Notes: generated by a model from the sequence alone, not told the origin. Numbered from the stretch's first letter, positions 10,135-20,084 are shown. The stretch is DNA of 62,142 nt from an uncultured Clostridia bacterium (GCA_937907305.1 CALERQ010000194.1:1-62142), one strand, 5' to 3'. A program made the numbers and translations.

Positions 10135-11436
10135 ATGGAGGATTGGAGAACTCTGTATCAGCAGAAGCTGACCACGGCCGAGGAGGCGGTAAAGCATATT
10201 AAATCCGGCGACCGGGTGGTGGTGACCCACGCCACCGGCGAGCCCATCCTGCTGACCGACGCGATGGTAGCCAATGCCGAGCAGTACGAGAATGTGGAAG
10301 TGGTGCACATGGTGGCCATGGGCAAGGCCGAATACTGCCTGCCCGAAAATTCCAAGCACTTCCGCCATAACAGCCTGTTCCTGGGCGGCAGCACCCGCAA
10401 GGCCATAGAGGAGGGCCGGGGCGACTTTACCCCCGTGTTCTTCAGCGAGATCCCGGAGCTGTTCCGCACCACGCTGCACCCCAATGTAGTGCTGCTGCAC
10501 CTGAGCACCCCTGATGAGCACGGCTATTGCAGCTTTGGCGTTTCCTGCGACTACACCAAGCCTGCCGCCGAGTGCGCCGACCTGCTGATCGCGCAGATCA
10601 ACCCCAAGATGCCCCGTACCATGGGCGACAGCTTTATCCATGTGAGCAAGCTGGATTACATTGTGGAGCAGGAGACCGACCTTATCGAGCTGGCCCCGCC
10701 CCATATCGGCGAGGTGGAGCGCGCCATCGGCGAGAACATCGCCTCCCTGGTGAAAGACGGCGACTGCCTGCAGCTGGGCATCGGCGCCATTCCCGATGCG
10801 GTGCTCCTGTTCCTGAAGGATAAGAAGGACCTGGGCATCCATTCCGAGATGTTCAGCGACGGCGTGGTGGAGCTGGTAGAGGCCGGCGTCATCACCAACG
10901 CGAAGAAGAATATTCATAAGGGCAAGAGCGTGGCGACCTTCCTGATGGGTACCCGCCGCCTGTATGACTATGTGGATAACAACCCCGAAGTGGCCATGAT
11001 GCCGGTGGACTATGTCAATGATCCCCGTGTCATCTGCCAGAACGATAACCTTGTTTCCATCAATTCCTGTGTGCAGGTGGACCTGATGGGCCAGGTGGTT
11101 TCCACCTGCGTGGGCCTGCGGCAGATCAGCGGCGTGGGCGGCCAGGTAGACTTTGTCCGCGGCGCCAATATGAGCCGGGGCGGCCGCACCATTATGGCCA
11201 TGCCCAGCACCGCCGCCAAGGGCACCATTTCCAAGATCGTTCCCCTGATCGATGAGGGCGCGGCCGTGACCACCAGCCGCTACGATGTGAACTATGTGGT
11301 GACCGAGTACGGCATTGCCCAGCTGAAGGGCAAGACCCTGCGCGAGCGCGCCAGAGAGCTTATCAAGATCGCGCATCCCGATTTCAGGGAGGGGCTCATC
11401 AAGGTATACGAGGAGCGCTTCCACGCGAAGTTCTGA
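10135..11436 (+). CDS. abfT: 4-hydroxybutyrate CoA-transferase (Cat2/AbfT)
   Basis: LQLGIGAIPD, IHSEMFSDG, SGVGGQVDFVRGA, VVTEYGIA; operon context. Confidence 0.9.
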   Translation: MEDWRTLYQQKLTTAEEAVKHIKSGDRVVVTHATGEPILLTDAMVANAEQYENVEVVHMVAMGKAEYCLPENSKHFRHNSLFLGGSTRKAIEEGRGDFTPVFFSEIPELFRTTLHPNVVLLHLSTPDEHGYCSFGVSCDYTKPAAECADLLIAQINPKMPRTMGDSFIHVSKLDYIVEQETDLIELAPPHIGEVERAIGENIASLVKDGDCLQLGIGAIPDAVLLFLKDKKDLGIHSEMFSDGVVELVEAGVITNAKKNIHKGKSVATFLMGTRRLYDYVDNNPEVAMMPVDYVNDPRVICQNDNLVSINSCVQVDLMGQVVSTCVGLRQISGVGGQVDFVRGANMSRGGRTIMAMPSTAAKGTISKIVPLIDEGAAVTTSRYDVNYVVTEYGIAQLKGKTLRERARELIKIAHPDFREGLIKVYEERFHAKF

Positions 11437-11467
11437 TTGATTTTCTCTTCATTTTCATTTTCCCCTT

Positions 11468-11512
11468 TGCGGAAAGGAGGACAATGCCAGCCCCATTGTC
11501 CTCCTTTCTGCA
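11468..11512 (+). terminator. Long intercistronic stem-loop (partial terminator or stabiliser)
   Basis: TGCGGAAAGGAGGACAATG / CATTGTCCTCCTTTCTGCA, no U-tract. Confidence 0.5.
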
Positions 11513-11563
11513 CATTGGGAAGAGGGGAAGCCATACTGACCGATAAGAGAGGAGAACACTGCC

Positions 11564-12865
11564 ATGAGTGAGGTAGCATTAAGCGGGTTGGGAATCCTGC
11601 TGGCGCTGTGCGGCATGACCGTACTGATCTTCCGGCGGGTCTCGCCCATTATAGTGGGGCCGCTGGCGGCGCTGCTGGTAACGGTAATGAGCGGGCTGCC
11701 GGTGCTGGATTCGGTGACCGGGGTATATGTAGCGGGCGTCGGCTCCTTCTTTGTTTCCTACTTTATGATCTTCCTGCTGGGGAACATCCTGGGCAGCCTG
11801 TACCAGATCAGCGGGGCGGCGGCCAAGATAGGCGAAACGGTGGTGCGGTGGTTCGGCGCCAAAAACTGCATGGTGGCGTGCCTGATCTCGGCGGCGCTGC
11901 TGAGCTACGGCGGCATCAACAGCTTTGTTATCATCTTTGCCATTTACCCCATCGCGCTCAAGCTCTTTGAGGAGGCGGATCTGCCCACCTACATGCTGCC
12001 GGGCATTGTGTGCGGCGGCATGTGGACCTTTGCGATGACCGGGCCCTTTTCACCGCAGATCTGCAATATCGTTTCGATGCAGAGCCTGGGTACCCCCTCC
12101 TACGCCGGACTGATCCCCGGCTTGGCGGCTTCGGTCGTCATGGCGGTGCTTATTGTGTGGTACATGAACCGCCAGGCGAAGAAAGCAAAGGGACGGGGCG
12201 AGCACTTTACCCCGCCGGAGGGCGGTGTGCGCCAGCATGAGGGGCCCACTCCCGGCGCCGTGGTCAGCTTTATCCCGCTGACAGCTGTTATCGTGCTTTT
12301 TAATGTGACAAAGATCGGCATTGTGGCGTGCCTGCTCATCGGCATTGTGCTGTCGCTGGGGCTTTTCCGGCGCAGCATTCCATGGAGAGAGATGCTCTCC
12401 ACCATGAACCAGGCGGCGGGCAGCTCCGTGACGGTCATCATCAATACCGCTACCATCGTGGGCTTTGGCGCGGTGGCCAAGGTGACCCCCTTCTATGCCT
12501 GGGCGGTGGAGCTGCTGGAGGCTTCCACCGCGAACCCCTATGTGGTGGCCGCCGTGGGCAGCAATATTTTCGCCTGCATCCTCGGCTCCTCCTCCGGCGG
12601 GCTGACGCTGATGTATACCTCGCTGAGGGATATCTTCCTGAGCTACGCGGGGCAGGGGTACAGTCTGGAATTTATCCACCGGCTTTGCTCGCTCGGCTCC
12701 GGGGGGCTGGATTCCATGCCGTGGAACGGCTCCATCGTTTCGGTGTTCGGCATCTGCCACACCACCCACAAGGCCAGCTATAAGTATAACTTTGTGACCT
12801 GCGCGGTGATCCCGGTGCTGTGTACCTTCCTCATCGCGCTGCCCATCTGCATCTGGCTGGGCTGA
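11564..12865 (+). CDS. GntP-family organic acid permease
   Basis: LLSYGGINSFVIIFAIYP, PFSPQI, GSSSGGL, GGLDSMPWNG motifs. Confidence 0.85.
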   Translation: MSEVALSGLGILLALCGMTVLIFRRVSPIIVGPLAALLVTVMSGLPVLDSVTGVYVAGVGSFFVSYFMIFLLGNILGSLYQISGAAAKIGETVVRWFGAKNCMVACLISAALLSYGGINSFVIIFAIYPIALKLFEEADLPTYMLPGIVCGGMWTFAMTGPFSPQICNIVSMQSLGTPSYAGLIPGLAASVVMAVLIVWYMNRQAKKAKGRGEHFTPPEGGVRQHEGPTPGAVVSFIPLTAVIVLFNVTKIGIVACLLIGIVLSLGLFRRSIPWREMLSTMNQAAGSSVTVIINTATIVGFGAVAKVTPFYAWAVELLEASTANPYVVAAVGSNIFACILGSSSGGLTLMYTSLRDIFLSYAGQGYSLEFIHRLCSLGSGGLDSMPWNGSIVSVFGICHTTHKASYKYNFVTCAVIPVLCTFLIALPICIWLG

Positions 12866-12884
12866 TAGAAGAAGGAGAAAACCC

Positions 12885-13655
12885 ATGAAAACGATACTGA
12901 CCATGCCCAGCCCCGAGCTGGCCCTGCTGACGATGACGGGGGAGGGCAAGCCCTTTGTGCTGAACCGCCGCACCATGGCGGAGCTGGAAGCCCTGCTGGA
13001 TGAGGTGCGCCGCCGTGCCCCCCGGGCCCTGGTACTCACCGGGGAGGGGAGGTTCTTCTGCGCCGGGGCGGATATACGGGAAATGGCGGCCATGGAGGGC
13101 CGGGAGCTGTATGACTGGGCACTGCTGGGCAGCCGCCTGAACACCCACCTGGAGCAGCTGCCGATGCCGGTACTGGCCGCGGTGAACGGCCTGGCGCTGG
13201 GCGGCGGCTGTGAGCTGGCCCTGGCGTGCGACCTGCGGCTGGCCTCCATGGGGGCGGGCTTTGCGGTGCCGGAGGTGACCCTGGGCACCATATGCGGGGC
13301 GGGCGGCACCCAGCGGCTGCCCCGGCTTATAGGCGAAACGCGGGCCAAGGAAATGATTTTTACCGGGCGGAAAATCCCCGCCGAAACGGCCCGGGAATGG
13401 GGCCTGGTAAACGGTATTTACACCGCCGGCAGCCTGCTGGAGGAAACGCTGAACCTGGCGGAGGAGATTGCCCAGAACAGCCCCTACGCCGTGACCCGCG
13501 CCAAGCGGAGCATCAACGGCGGACGGGAAATGCTGCTGGAGGAAGCGTTGGAGTGGGAACGGAGCCTCTTTGGCGAATGCGGCGAAAGCCGGGACCGCAA
13601 AGAGGGTATGACGGCCTTCCTGGAAAAACGGCCCCGGATATTTACCGGGGAATGA
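12885..13655 (+). CDS. Enoyl-CoA hydratase (crotonase family)
   Basis: FCAGADI, GGGCELALACD, PEVTLG (both catalytic Glu), GGTQRLPRLIG. Confidence 0.9.
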   Translation: MKTILTMPSPELALLTMTGEGKPFVLNRRTMAELEALLDEVRRRAPRALVLTGEGRFFCAGADIREMAAMEGRELYDWALLGSRLNTHLEQLPMPVLAAVNGLALGGGCELALACDLRLASMGAGFAVPEVTLGTICGAGGTQRLPRLIGETRAKEMIFTGRKIPAETAREWGLVNGIYTAGSLLEETLNLAEEIAQNSPYAVTRAKRSINGGREMLLEEALEWERSLFGECGESRDRKEGMTAFLEKRPRIFTGE

Positions 13656-13668
13656 GAGGGGAGAGAGC

Positions 13669-15216
13669 ATGGCAAAGGTGATCTCGGCCGCCGAGGCTGC
13701 CGCCCTGATCGGGGACGGCATGACGGTGGCGGTGGATGGCTTTATCGGCTTTTCGCTGGCGGAGGATATCCTGTGTGAGATGGAGGAGCGCTTCCTGCGG
13801 GAGGGGCACCCCCGTGACCTGCGGCTGGTGAATGTGGCGGGCCTGGGCGGCGATGGCCGCCGCCGGGGGATCAATCATTTTGCGCACCGGGGGATGCTCT
13901 CCCGGCTTTTGTGCAGCAACCTCAGCCTGGCCAATGCCATTTACCCCCACATCAGCGCGGGGGATTTCGCGCTGTTTATGGCCCCGCAGGGGGTCATGTC
14001 CCACATGATGCGGGCCATTGCCGGGAAAAAACCGGGGGTACTGACCTCCGTGGGGCTCAGGACCTTTGTGGACCCGCGCCGGGATGGCTGCCGCATGAAC
14101 CAAAAGGCCTGGGAAAGCGGCGAGGAAGTGGTGCAGCTGGTGGAGCTGGCCGGGCAGGAGCAGCTCTTTTTCCCGGCGTTCCCGCTGGATGCCTGTATCA
14201 TCAAGGGGAGCACCGCCGATGCCGATGGGAACATCAGCATGGAAAAGGAGGCTTTCCTGCTGGAGCAGTACGAGATGGCCGCCGCCGCCCACAACAGCGG
14301 CGGGCTGGTGCTGGCCCAGGTGGATCAGCTGGTCCCCGCCCACACCATGAACGCCAAGGATGTAGTGGTGCCGGGTTGCCTGGTGGATTACATCGTGGTG
14401 GGGCGGGAGGAAAACTCCCGGCAGCAGTTTGTTACCGAGGAGCGCTGGGTGGAGGCCTTTACCGGCGGGGTGCGCATCCCGCTGGAGGAGCTTTCGCCCA
14501 TCCCGCTGAGCATCAAAAAGGTGATGGCCCGGCGGGCGGCCGCGGAGATCACCGATGGGGACTTTGTCAATTTCGGCATCGGGGTGCCTACCCTCATCAC
14601 CAATGTACTGACCGAGCAGAAGCGGCTGGAGCGGGTGACGCTCAGCATTGAATCCGGGACGATAGGCGGGGCGCCGCAGGGCGGCCTGCTGACCGGCGCC
14701 GCCTACAATGCCGATGCCATGATAAAGCAGCCGGATATTTTTGACCTGTATGATGGCGGCGGCATTGATGTGGCGTGTCTGGGCGGGGCGGAATTTGATC
14801 GGCTGGGCAATGTGAATGTCAGCCGCTTTGGGGAGAAGATCCCCGGGCCCGGCGGGTTCATCAATATTACCCAGTGCGCCAAAAAGGTGTGCTTTTTGGG
14901 CAGCTTTACCGCCGGGGAAAGCGAGATCCGGCTGGAAGGCGGCCGGCTGCGTATCATAAAGGACGGCGGCATCCGCAAGTTCCGGCAGGCGGTGGGGCAT
15001 ATCACCTTTTCCGGGGAGTATTCCAACCAGAAAGGCGGCCAGCAGGTGCTGTATATCACCGAGCGCGCGGTGTTCCGCCTGACGACGGAGGGCCTGCTGC
15101 TGACCGAAATAGCCCCCGGCGCGGATATCCGGCGGGATATTCTGGAAAAGATGGAATTTACCCCGATGATCGCCCCCGACCTGCGGGAAATGGATACGGC
15201 GCTTTTTGCCGAGTGA
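13669..15216 (+). CDS. Acyl-CoA:acetate/propionate CoA-transferase (YdiF/Pct family)
   Basis: VGLRTFVDPR, NFGIGVP, IESG catalytic Glu, GPGGFINITQ, YITERAVF. Confidence 0.88.
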   Translation: MAKVISAAEAAALIGDGMTVAVDGFIGFSLAEDILCEMEERFLREGHPRDLRLVNVAGLGGDGRRRGINHFAHRGMLSRLLCSNLSLANAIYPHISAGDFALFMAPQGVMSHMMRAIAGKKPGVLTSVGLRTFVDPRRDGCRMNQKAWESGEEVVQLVELAGQEQLFFPAFPLDACIIKGSTADADGNISMEKEAFLLEQYEMAAAAHNSGGLVLAQVDQLVPAHTMNAKDVVVPGCLVDYIVVGREENSRQQFVTEERWVEAFTGGVRIPLEELSPIPLSIKKVMARRAAAEITDGDFVNFGIGVPTLITNVLTEQKRLERVTLSIESGTIGGAPQGGLLTGAAYNADAMIKQPDIFDLYDGGGIDVACLGGAEFDRLGNVNVSRFGEKIPGPGGFINITQCAKKVCFLGSFTAGESEIRLEGGRLRIIKDGGIRKFRQAVGHITFSGEYSNQKGGQQVLYITERAVFRLTTEGLLLTEIAPGADIRRDILEKMEFTPMIAPDLREMDTALFAE

Positions 15217-15223
15217 GGGAACT

Positions 15224-16051
15224 ATGCGGTTTGAAAATGTGTGGGCGGTGTACTTTAGTGCCTGCGGCAGTACCCGGCGGGTGCTGCGGCGGATGGCCGA
15301 AGCGGCCGGGGAAGCGCTGGCCCTGCCGGTGCGGGAGCTGGACTACACCCTGCCCCCGGCACGGGAGCGGGACTATGCCTTCAATGAGAAGGACCTGATA
15401 TTCTGGGGGAGCCCGACCTACGCGGGGCGGCTGCCCAATGTGCTGCTGCCTTTTTTGCGGGGGCACTTTACCGGCGGGGGCGCGGCGGCCGTGGCGGTGG
15501 TGCTGTACGGCAACCGCGGCTATGATGACGCCCTGAAGGAGCTGTGTGAGGTTCTGGCCGGGAACGGCTTTTGCCCGGCGGGGGCCGCGGCGCTGGTAGC
15601 GGAGCACGCCTTTGCCCCGGCGCTGGCCTATGGCCGCCCCAATGCCGGGGACATGGCCGAAATAACGGCATTTGCCCGGCAGACGGCGCTGGCGCTGCAA
15701 AGGACCGGATGCCCCCAGCCGGTAGTGGTGCCGGGCCGGGAGCCCATTGGGCCCTACTACACCCCGCTGGGGCTGGATGGGGAACCGGCGCGCTTTTTGA
15801 AAGCGAAGCCGGTGACCAACCCCGAAAAATGCACCCGATGCGGCAGGTGCGCCACCCTGTGCCCCATGGGGTCCATCCCAAGGGAGACCCCGCAGGAATG
15901 CGGCGGCATCTGCATCAAGTGCCAGGCCTGCGTAAAGGGATGCCCCGCCGGGGCCAAATATTTCGCCGACGCGGCGTTTTGTTCCCACCGTGCCATGCTG
16001 GAGCAGACCTATACCAAAAGGCGGGAGAACGAATTCTTCCCGCCCCTGTGA
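15224..16051 (+). CDS. EFR1-type flavodoxin-fold / 4Fe-4S protein
   Basis: YFSACGST, PTYAGRLP, YGNRGYDDAL, two CxxCxxCxxxCP motifs. Confidence 0.85.
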   Translation: MRFENVWAVYFSACGSTRRVLRRMAEAAGEALALPVRELDYTLPPARERDYAFNEKDLIFWGSPTYAGRLPNVLLPFLRGHFTGGGAAAVAVVLYGNRGYDDALKELCEVLAGNGFCPAGAAALVAEHAFAPALAYGRPNAGDMAEITAFARQTALALQRTGCPQPVVVPGREPIGPYYTPLGLDGEPARFLKAKPVTNPEKCTRCGRCATLCPMGSIPRETPQECGGICIKCQACVKGCPAGAKYFADAAFCSHRAMLEQTYTKRRENEFFPPL

Positions 16052-16060
16052 TGAATATAG

Positions 16061-16105
16061 AATCCCCTGTCCAGACCCACGCGGGCGGACAGGGGAATTT
16101 TTTTA
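16061..16105. terminator. Intrinsic terminator between convergent genes
   Basis: TCCCCTGTCC...GGACAGGGGA followed by T-run. Confidence 0.7.
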
Positions 16106-16855
16106 TTCTTCGGTTTCCTCAGTGGCATCCGGCTCCAGCGGTTCGGTGCCTTCGCCCTCCGCCAGGCGGTAGCCCACGCCCACCTCGGTAAAGAGGTACC
16201 GGGGTTCTTCGGGGTTCGGCTCCAGCTTGCGGCGGAGATTGGCCATATGGACCCGCAGCAGCTTGTTATCCCGGGGATTGGCCGCGGGGCCCCACAGCTC
16301 CCGCAGCATCTGCTGGTAGGTAAGCACCCGCCCGGCATAGCGGCCTAGCAGCGCCAGAATTTTGAATTCGCTGGGGGTCAGGCCGGCATCCTCGCCCTCC
16401 AGGTAGGCCCGGTGCTTATTGTAGTCGATGACGAGATCCCCCACGATGTACTGGCCCTCCCGCAGCTCCTCGCCGCCGCAGGCTTTGCGGGTGTGGCGCA
16501 GCGCCGTGCGGATGCGCGCCAGCAGCTCCACGGTGCCAAAGGGCTTGGTGAGGTAATCATCCGCGCCAAGATCCAGCGCGCTGGCCTTGTCATCCTCGGT
16601 CATGCGGGCCGAAATGACAATGATGGGGACGCTGCTCCATTTGCGGATGCTCTGAATGATGCCGACGCCATCCATATCGGGCAGGCCCAGGTCCAGCAGG
16701 ATGCAATCGGGACAGTGGGAGGCCGCCAGCGCCAGCGCCGAACTGCCATCCCCCACGGCGACGGTATCATAGCCCGCGCTGCTCAGGGTGCTTTGCAGGT
16801 AGTGCCGGATGCCGGCATCGTCCTCTACGATCATGATCTTATCACAGTGTTTCAT
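16103..16855 (-). CDS. OmpR-family response regulator, KdpE-like
   Basis: IVEDD, LLDLGLPDMDG, GADDYLTKPF, LRVHMANLRRKLE, TEVGVGYR; ATGA overlap with kinase. Confidence 0.9.
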   Translation of the reverse strand: MKHCDKIMIVEDDAGIRHYLQSTLSSAGYDTVAVGDGSSALALAASHCPDCILLDLGLPDMDGVGIIQSIRKWSSVPIIVISARMTEDDKASALDLGADDYLTKPFGTVELLARIRTALRHTRKACGGEELREGQYIVGDLVIDYNKHRAYLEGEDAGLTPSEFKILALLGRYAGRVLTYQQMLRELWGPAANPRDNKLLRVHMANLRRKLEPNPEEPRYLFTEVGVGYRLAEGEGTEPLEPDATEETEE

Positions 16856-17925
16856 CCTTCGGGTTCCTCCTCTTCCTCGGTTCCGGCGGGCAGCCACAGG
16901 CATACCCGCGCTCCGCCCTCGGGGCGGTTTTCGGCGGTCATGCGGCCGCCATGTGCTTTTATGATGGCGCTGCAAAGAGTCAGCCCCAGTCCCAGTCCCC
17001 GGCGGCCATCGGCGCAGGAGCGCGGCTGCGGCAGCAGCTTGCGGTCAAAAAGCTGGGGGAGCATCTCCGGCGGGAAGCCCGCGCCGTCATCCTCCACAGC
17101 GATCATCACGGTATCCCCCTGCCCGGCGATCTCCACCCGGATGCGGGTGGCGCCCGCGGCGTGGTTCACCGCGTTTTCCAAAAGGTTCAGAATGACCTGC
17201 TCCATCAGGGTGGCGTCCATCGGGGCGGTCAGGATCTCCTGCGGGCGGATGACCGTGACCGGCAGGGCATTGCGGCTGCGCCGCAGCTTCATCACGGCGC
17301 TGTCCACTATCTCCTCCACCACCTCATCGGTGCGGTGCAGGTTTACCCGCTCCCCGGCCATACGGGTGACCGAAAGCATATTTTCGGAGATGCGGGTCAG
17401 CCACCGGGTCTCCTGGCGGATCTGCTCCAGCAGGGTACGGCGCTCCGCCTCGCTCAGGTCGGGCTGCTCCAGCAGCAGGCTGTCGGCGCCCTCAATGGAA
17501 GCGAGCGGGGTGCGCAGATCGTGGGAGAGCGCCCGCAAAAGGTCCGCCCGGAGTTTTTCGCTTTCGATCTCATACCGCAGGCGCTCGCTCTGCTTTACCC
17601 GGGTGGTAAGGGTGCTGATGACCACCGAGACCACCAGCATGACCATGAAGGTGAGCGGGTAGCCCGTGATGCTCATATCGAAGCTCCAAAAGGGGTAGGT
17701 GAACATGTAGTTGACGCAGAATACCCCGATGACCGAAGCCAGAACACCCCACACATAGCCATTGGTGACCAGCGCCACTATGGCGACAGCCAGCACAAAG
17801 ATGAGAACGGCAAAGGGATTGTTGTCATCGTGCATGCGGGAAAGCACGCTGCATACCGCCACCGCGGCCCCCAGCAGGAGCAGCATCCGCAGGGCATCGT
17901 GCCACCAGGCCTTTTGGGCAGCCAT
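16852..17925 (-). CDS. KdpD-like sensor histidine kinase (4-TM DUF4118-like + HisKA + HATPase only)
   Basis: SHDLRTPL, NLLENA, DDGAG, GLGLGL boxes; no N-terminal KdpD/USP or GAF region. Confidence 0.88.
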   Translation of the reverse strand: MAAQKAWWHDALRMLLLLGAAVAVCSVLSRMHDDNNPFAVLIFVLAVAIVALVTNGYVWGVLASVIGVFCVNYMFTYPFWSFDMSITGYPLTFMVMLVVSVVISTLTTRVKQSERLRYEIESEKLRADLLRALSHDLRTPLASIEGADSLLLEQPDLSEAERRTLLEQIRQETRWLTRISENMLSVTRMAGERVNLHRTDEVVEEIVDSAVMKLRRSRNALPVTVIRPQEILTAPMDATLMEQVILNLLENAVNHAAGATRIRVEIAGQGDTVMIAVEDDGAGFPPEMLPQLFDRKLLPQPRSCADGRRGLGLGLTLCSAIIKAHGGRMTAENRPEGGARVCLWLPAGTEEEEEPEG

Positions 17926-18106
17926 GCCGTTCACCTCCCATCTATTTATAATATTCCAACCTATTATACCATGCTGCGCTGGAGCAGAAAAATAAATTAT
18001 TCGCTAAGATTTTTCTCCGGCGGAACCTTTCCGTAAAATTAGCGGGGGACAGCCGTATAATGGTACCAAACCAAAACCCCGAGAGGTTTATGAGGAGGAT
18101 ATCATT

Positions 18107-18253
18107 ATGCACACCCAGGCGTACATCGAAGCTCGTAAGGAATTCATCAACTGCATCGTGCTCAGCCCCATCTGTATTTTTGTTTCGCTCATCATCGCGT
18201 TTACCGAGTGGCTGCCCATTATGCGCGCGGAGAAAAACAAGGTAGAGGCGTAA
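18107..18253 (+). CDS. 48-aa single-TM small protein (not in ORF track): MHTQAYIEARKEFINCIVLSPICIFVSLIIAFTEWLPIMRAEKNKVEA
   Basis: TATAAT 18056-18061, GAGGAGG RBS 8 nt before ATG, host-like codons, hairpin at ~18290-18330. Confidence 0.7.
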   Translation: MHTQAYIEARKEFINCIVLSPICIFVSLIIAFTEWLPIMRAEKNKVEA

Positions 18254-18431
18254 CCATACATACCACACACTTTTCCGATAGATCATCCCGCGAAAGGCGG
18301 CGCAGTACTGGTGGCTGTGCCGCCTTTTGTGTATTCCGAAAGCTAAAATAGGGCCATAAATAGGGCCATAAAAATGTTTCATGAAACAAAAAATCCCCGC
18401 CAAAAGACGGGGATCTGTGTTTTTCGGCGGG

Positions 18432-19367
18432 TCATTCGGCCTTGGGCATGTGGCTGTCCAGGTAGTCAATGATATCCCGGAACAGCTCCTCCTTCAGTGC
18501 CTCATTGTGCACCTCATGCCGGGCGCCGTGGTACAGGGTGATGGTCACATCCTTTAGCCCCTGGGCCTTCAGGCCCTCGTACACCTCGGTGACGCCCTTG
18601 CCGTTGTTGCCTACGGCGTCCTCATCCCCGGCGTACAGCCACACGGGCAGGTCCTTGGGGATGGCGGCATACCATTCGGGACGGTTGCAGCGGTCCACCA
18701 GCTCCAGCAGCTCGCCGTAGCCGCTGTTGGTAAAGATAAAGCTGCACCAGGGGTCCTTGATATACTTGCGGCAGACCTCCTCATCGTGGCAGATCCAGTC
18801 CACCAGCGTTTTCTGCTCGGTCTGCTTATTGTTGTTGCCGGTGGTCAGCATATACAGCAGCTTGGAGGTCCCTTTCTTGCCGCCGAACAGCGAAACCAGG
18901 GCGACCAGCGCCTTGCCGGGACCGGCGGCGGGGTTCTTCCCGGCGGTGCCGCTGATGAGCAGCGCCTGGAGATTCTTACCGTAGCGGGCGGCGTACAGCC
19001 GCACCACAAAGGAGCCCATGCTGTGCCCCAGCAGGAAGTAGGGCAGCCCGGCAAAGTGGGCGCTGACAGCCTTCCGCTCGATCTCCTGATCCTCCACCAG
19101 GTTGTTCCAGGCGCCCTTTTCGCCAAAGTAGCCCAGCATCTCATTGTTCAGCCGGGCGGTGGAGCCATGCCCCAGGTGGTCAATGCCGCAGACGGCGTAG
19201 CCGGCGTCGGTCAGGTGCTGGGCCAGCTCCTCATACCGCAGGATGTACTCGCACATGCCGTGGCAGATCTGCACCACAGCGCGGGGGTGTCCCTCCGGCA
19301 GGAATAAAAAGCCCGAAAGCTTGCTTTTGCCATCGCTGGAATCCAGGGTAAAGGTTCTCTTCTCCAT
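18432..19367 (-). CDS. Alpha/beta hydrolase (lysophospholipase-like)
   Basis: HGMCEY, DHLGHG, GHSMG nucleophile elbow, ARHEVHNE. Confidence 0.9.
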   Translation of the reverse strand: MEKRTFTLDSSDGKSKLSGFLFLPEGHPRAVVQICHGMCEYILRYEELAQHLTDAGYAVCGIDHLGHGSTARLNNEMLGYFGEKGAWNNLVEDQEIERKAVSAHFAGLPYFLLGHSMGSFVVRLYAARYGKNLQALLISGTAGKNPAAGPGKALVALVSLFGGKKGTSKLLYMLTTGNNNKQTEQKTLVDWICHDEEVCRKYIKDPWCSFIFTNSGYGELLELVDRCNRPEWYAAIPKDLPVWLYAGDEDAVGNNGKGVTEVYEGLKAQGLKDVTITLYHGARHEVHNEALKEELFRDIIDYLDSHMPKAE

Positions 19368-19398
19368 ACCTCTTTTGTCCTCCTCGGTTTTATTGCGC

Positions 19399-19833
19399 TT
19401 ACACCAGCGCGCGGTCCACCGCGGTCACCTCCTGCGCGTCGCCGGCAGGGTCCACGGTGTAAAAGGTCAGGTACTCAAAGCGGGTCCACAGCCGGGGCAG
19501 CAGGTCGCTGCCGCCGCCGGGCATACCGGTCACCACATAGCGGGGCAGGCTCTCCGCCAGCAGCTGCGCCAAGCTGCGTTCGGGGTCTTCGCTGTAATGC
19601 ACGGTCATGCGGGCGCCGGCATTCAGGCTGGTGCGGTACAGGTGCTCTATGGCGGCGGGGTCCGGCGCATTGCCAAACCGCGCGATGTTCTGTACCTCCA
19701 GTACGCACTGGTGTTCATCGGCCAGGCGCCTCCCGGCCAGGATCAAACGGTCGCAGCTGAGCTGGTCGGTCACCAATACCAGCACGGTAGGATGCAGTTT
19801 TTGCGGCTTGCGGGTAGTCACCAACTGGGTCAA
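19399..19833 (-). CDS. Stand-alone universal stress (USP) domain protein, similar in style to the KdpD USP domain
   Basis: TTG start with AAAGGAG; VLVLVTDQLSCDRLI..G..LA and VVTGMP pattern. Confidence 0.65.
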   Translation of the reverse strand: MTQLVTTRKPQKLHPTVLVLVTDQLSCDRLILAGRRLADEHQCVLEVQNIARFGNAPDPAAIEHLYRTSLNAGARMTVHYSEDPERSLAQLLAESLPRYVVTGMPGGGSDLLPRLWTRFEYLTFYTVDPAGDAQEVTAVDRALV

Positions 19834-20084
19834 CGCTCCTTTATGTTATTTTTGCATAGCGCTCCGCCATTTGGCGGGTTCTTCCGCTTACATTATAACA
19901 AATCCCGCCGCAAAAAGAAACGAAAGTGAGAAATCTTCACGAAATGTTTGCAAATCGGCATAAAAGGGCTGCCGCTCAATTTAGATAAAAAGTTGACGAA
20001 CGGCCGAAAAAGCGGTATCATATAAGTAAAGCGGCACTCCGCGTATGCCCCACCGTGCCGCAGGATAATACGAGGTGAGCGAGC

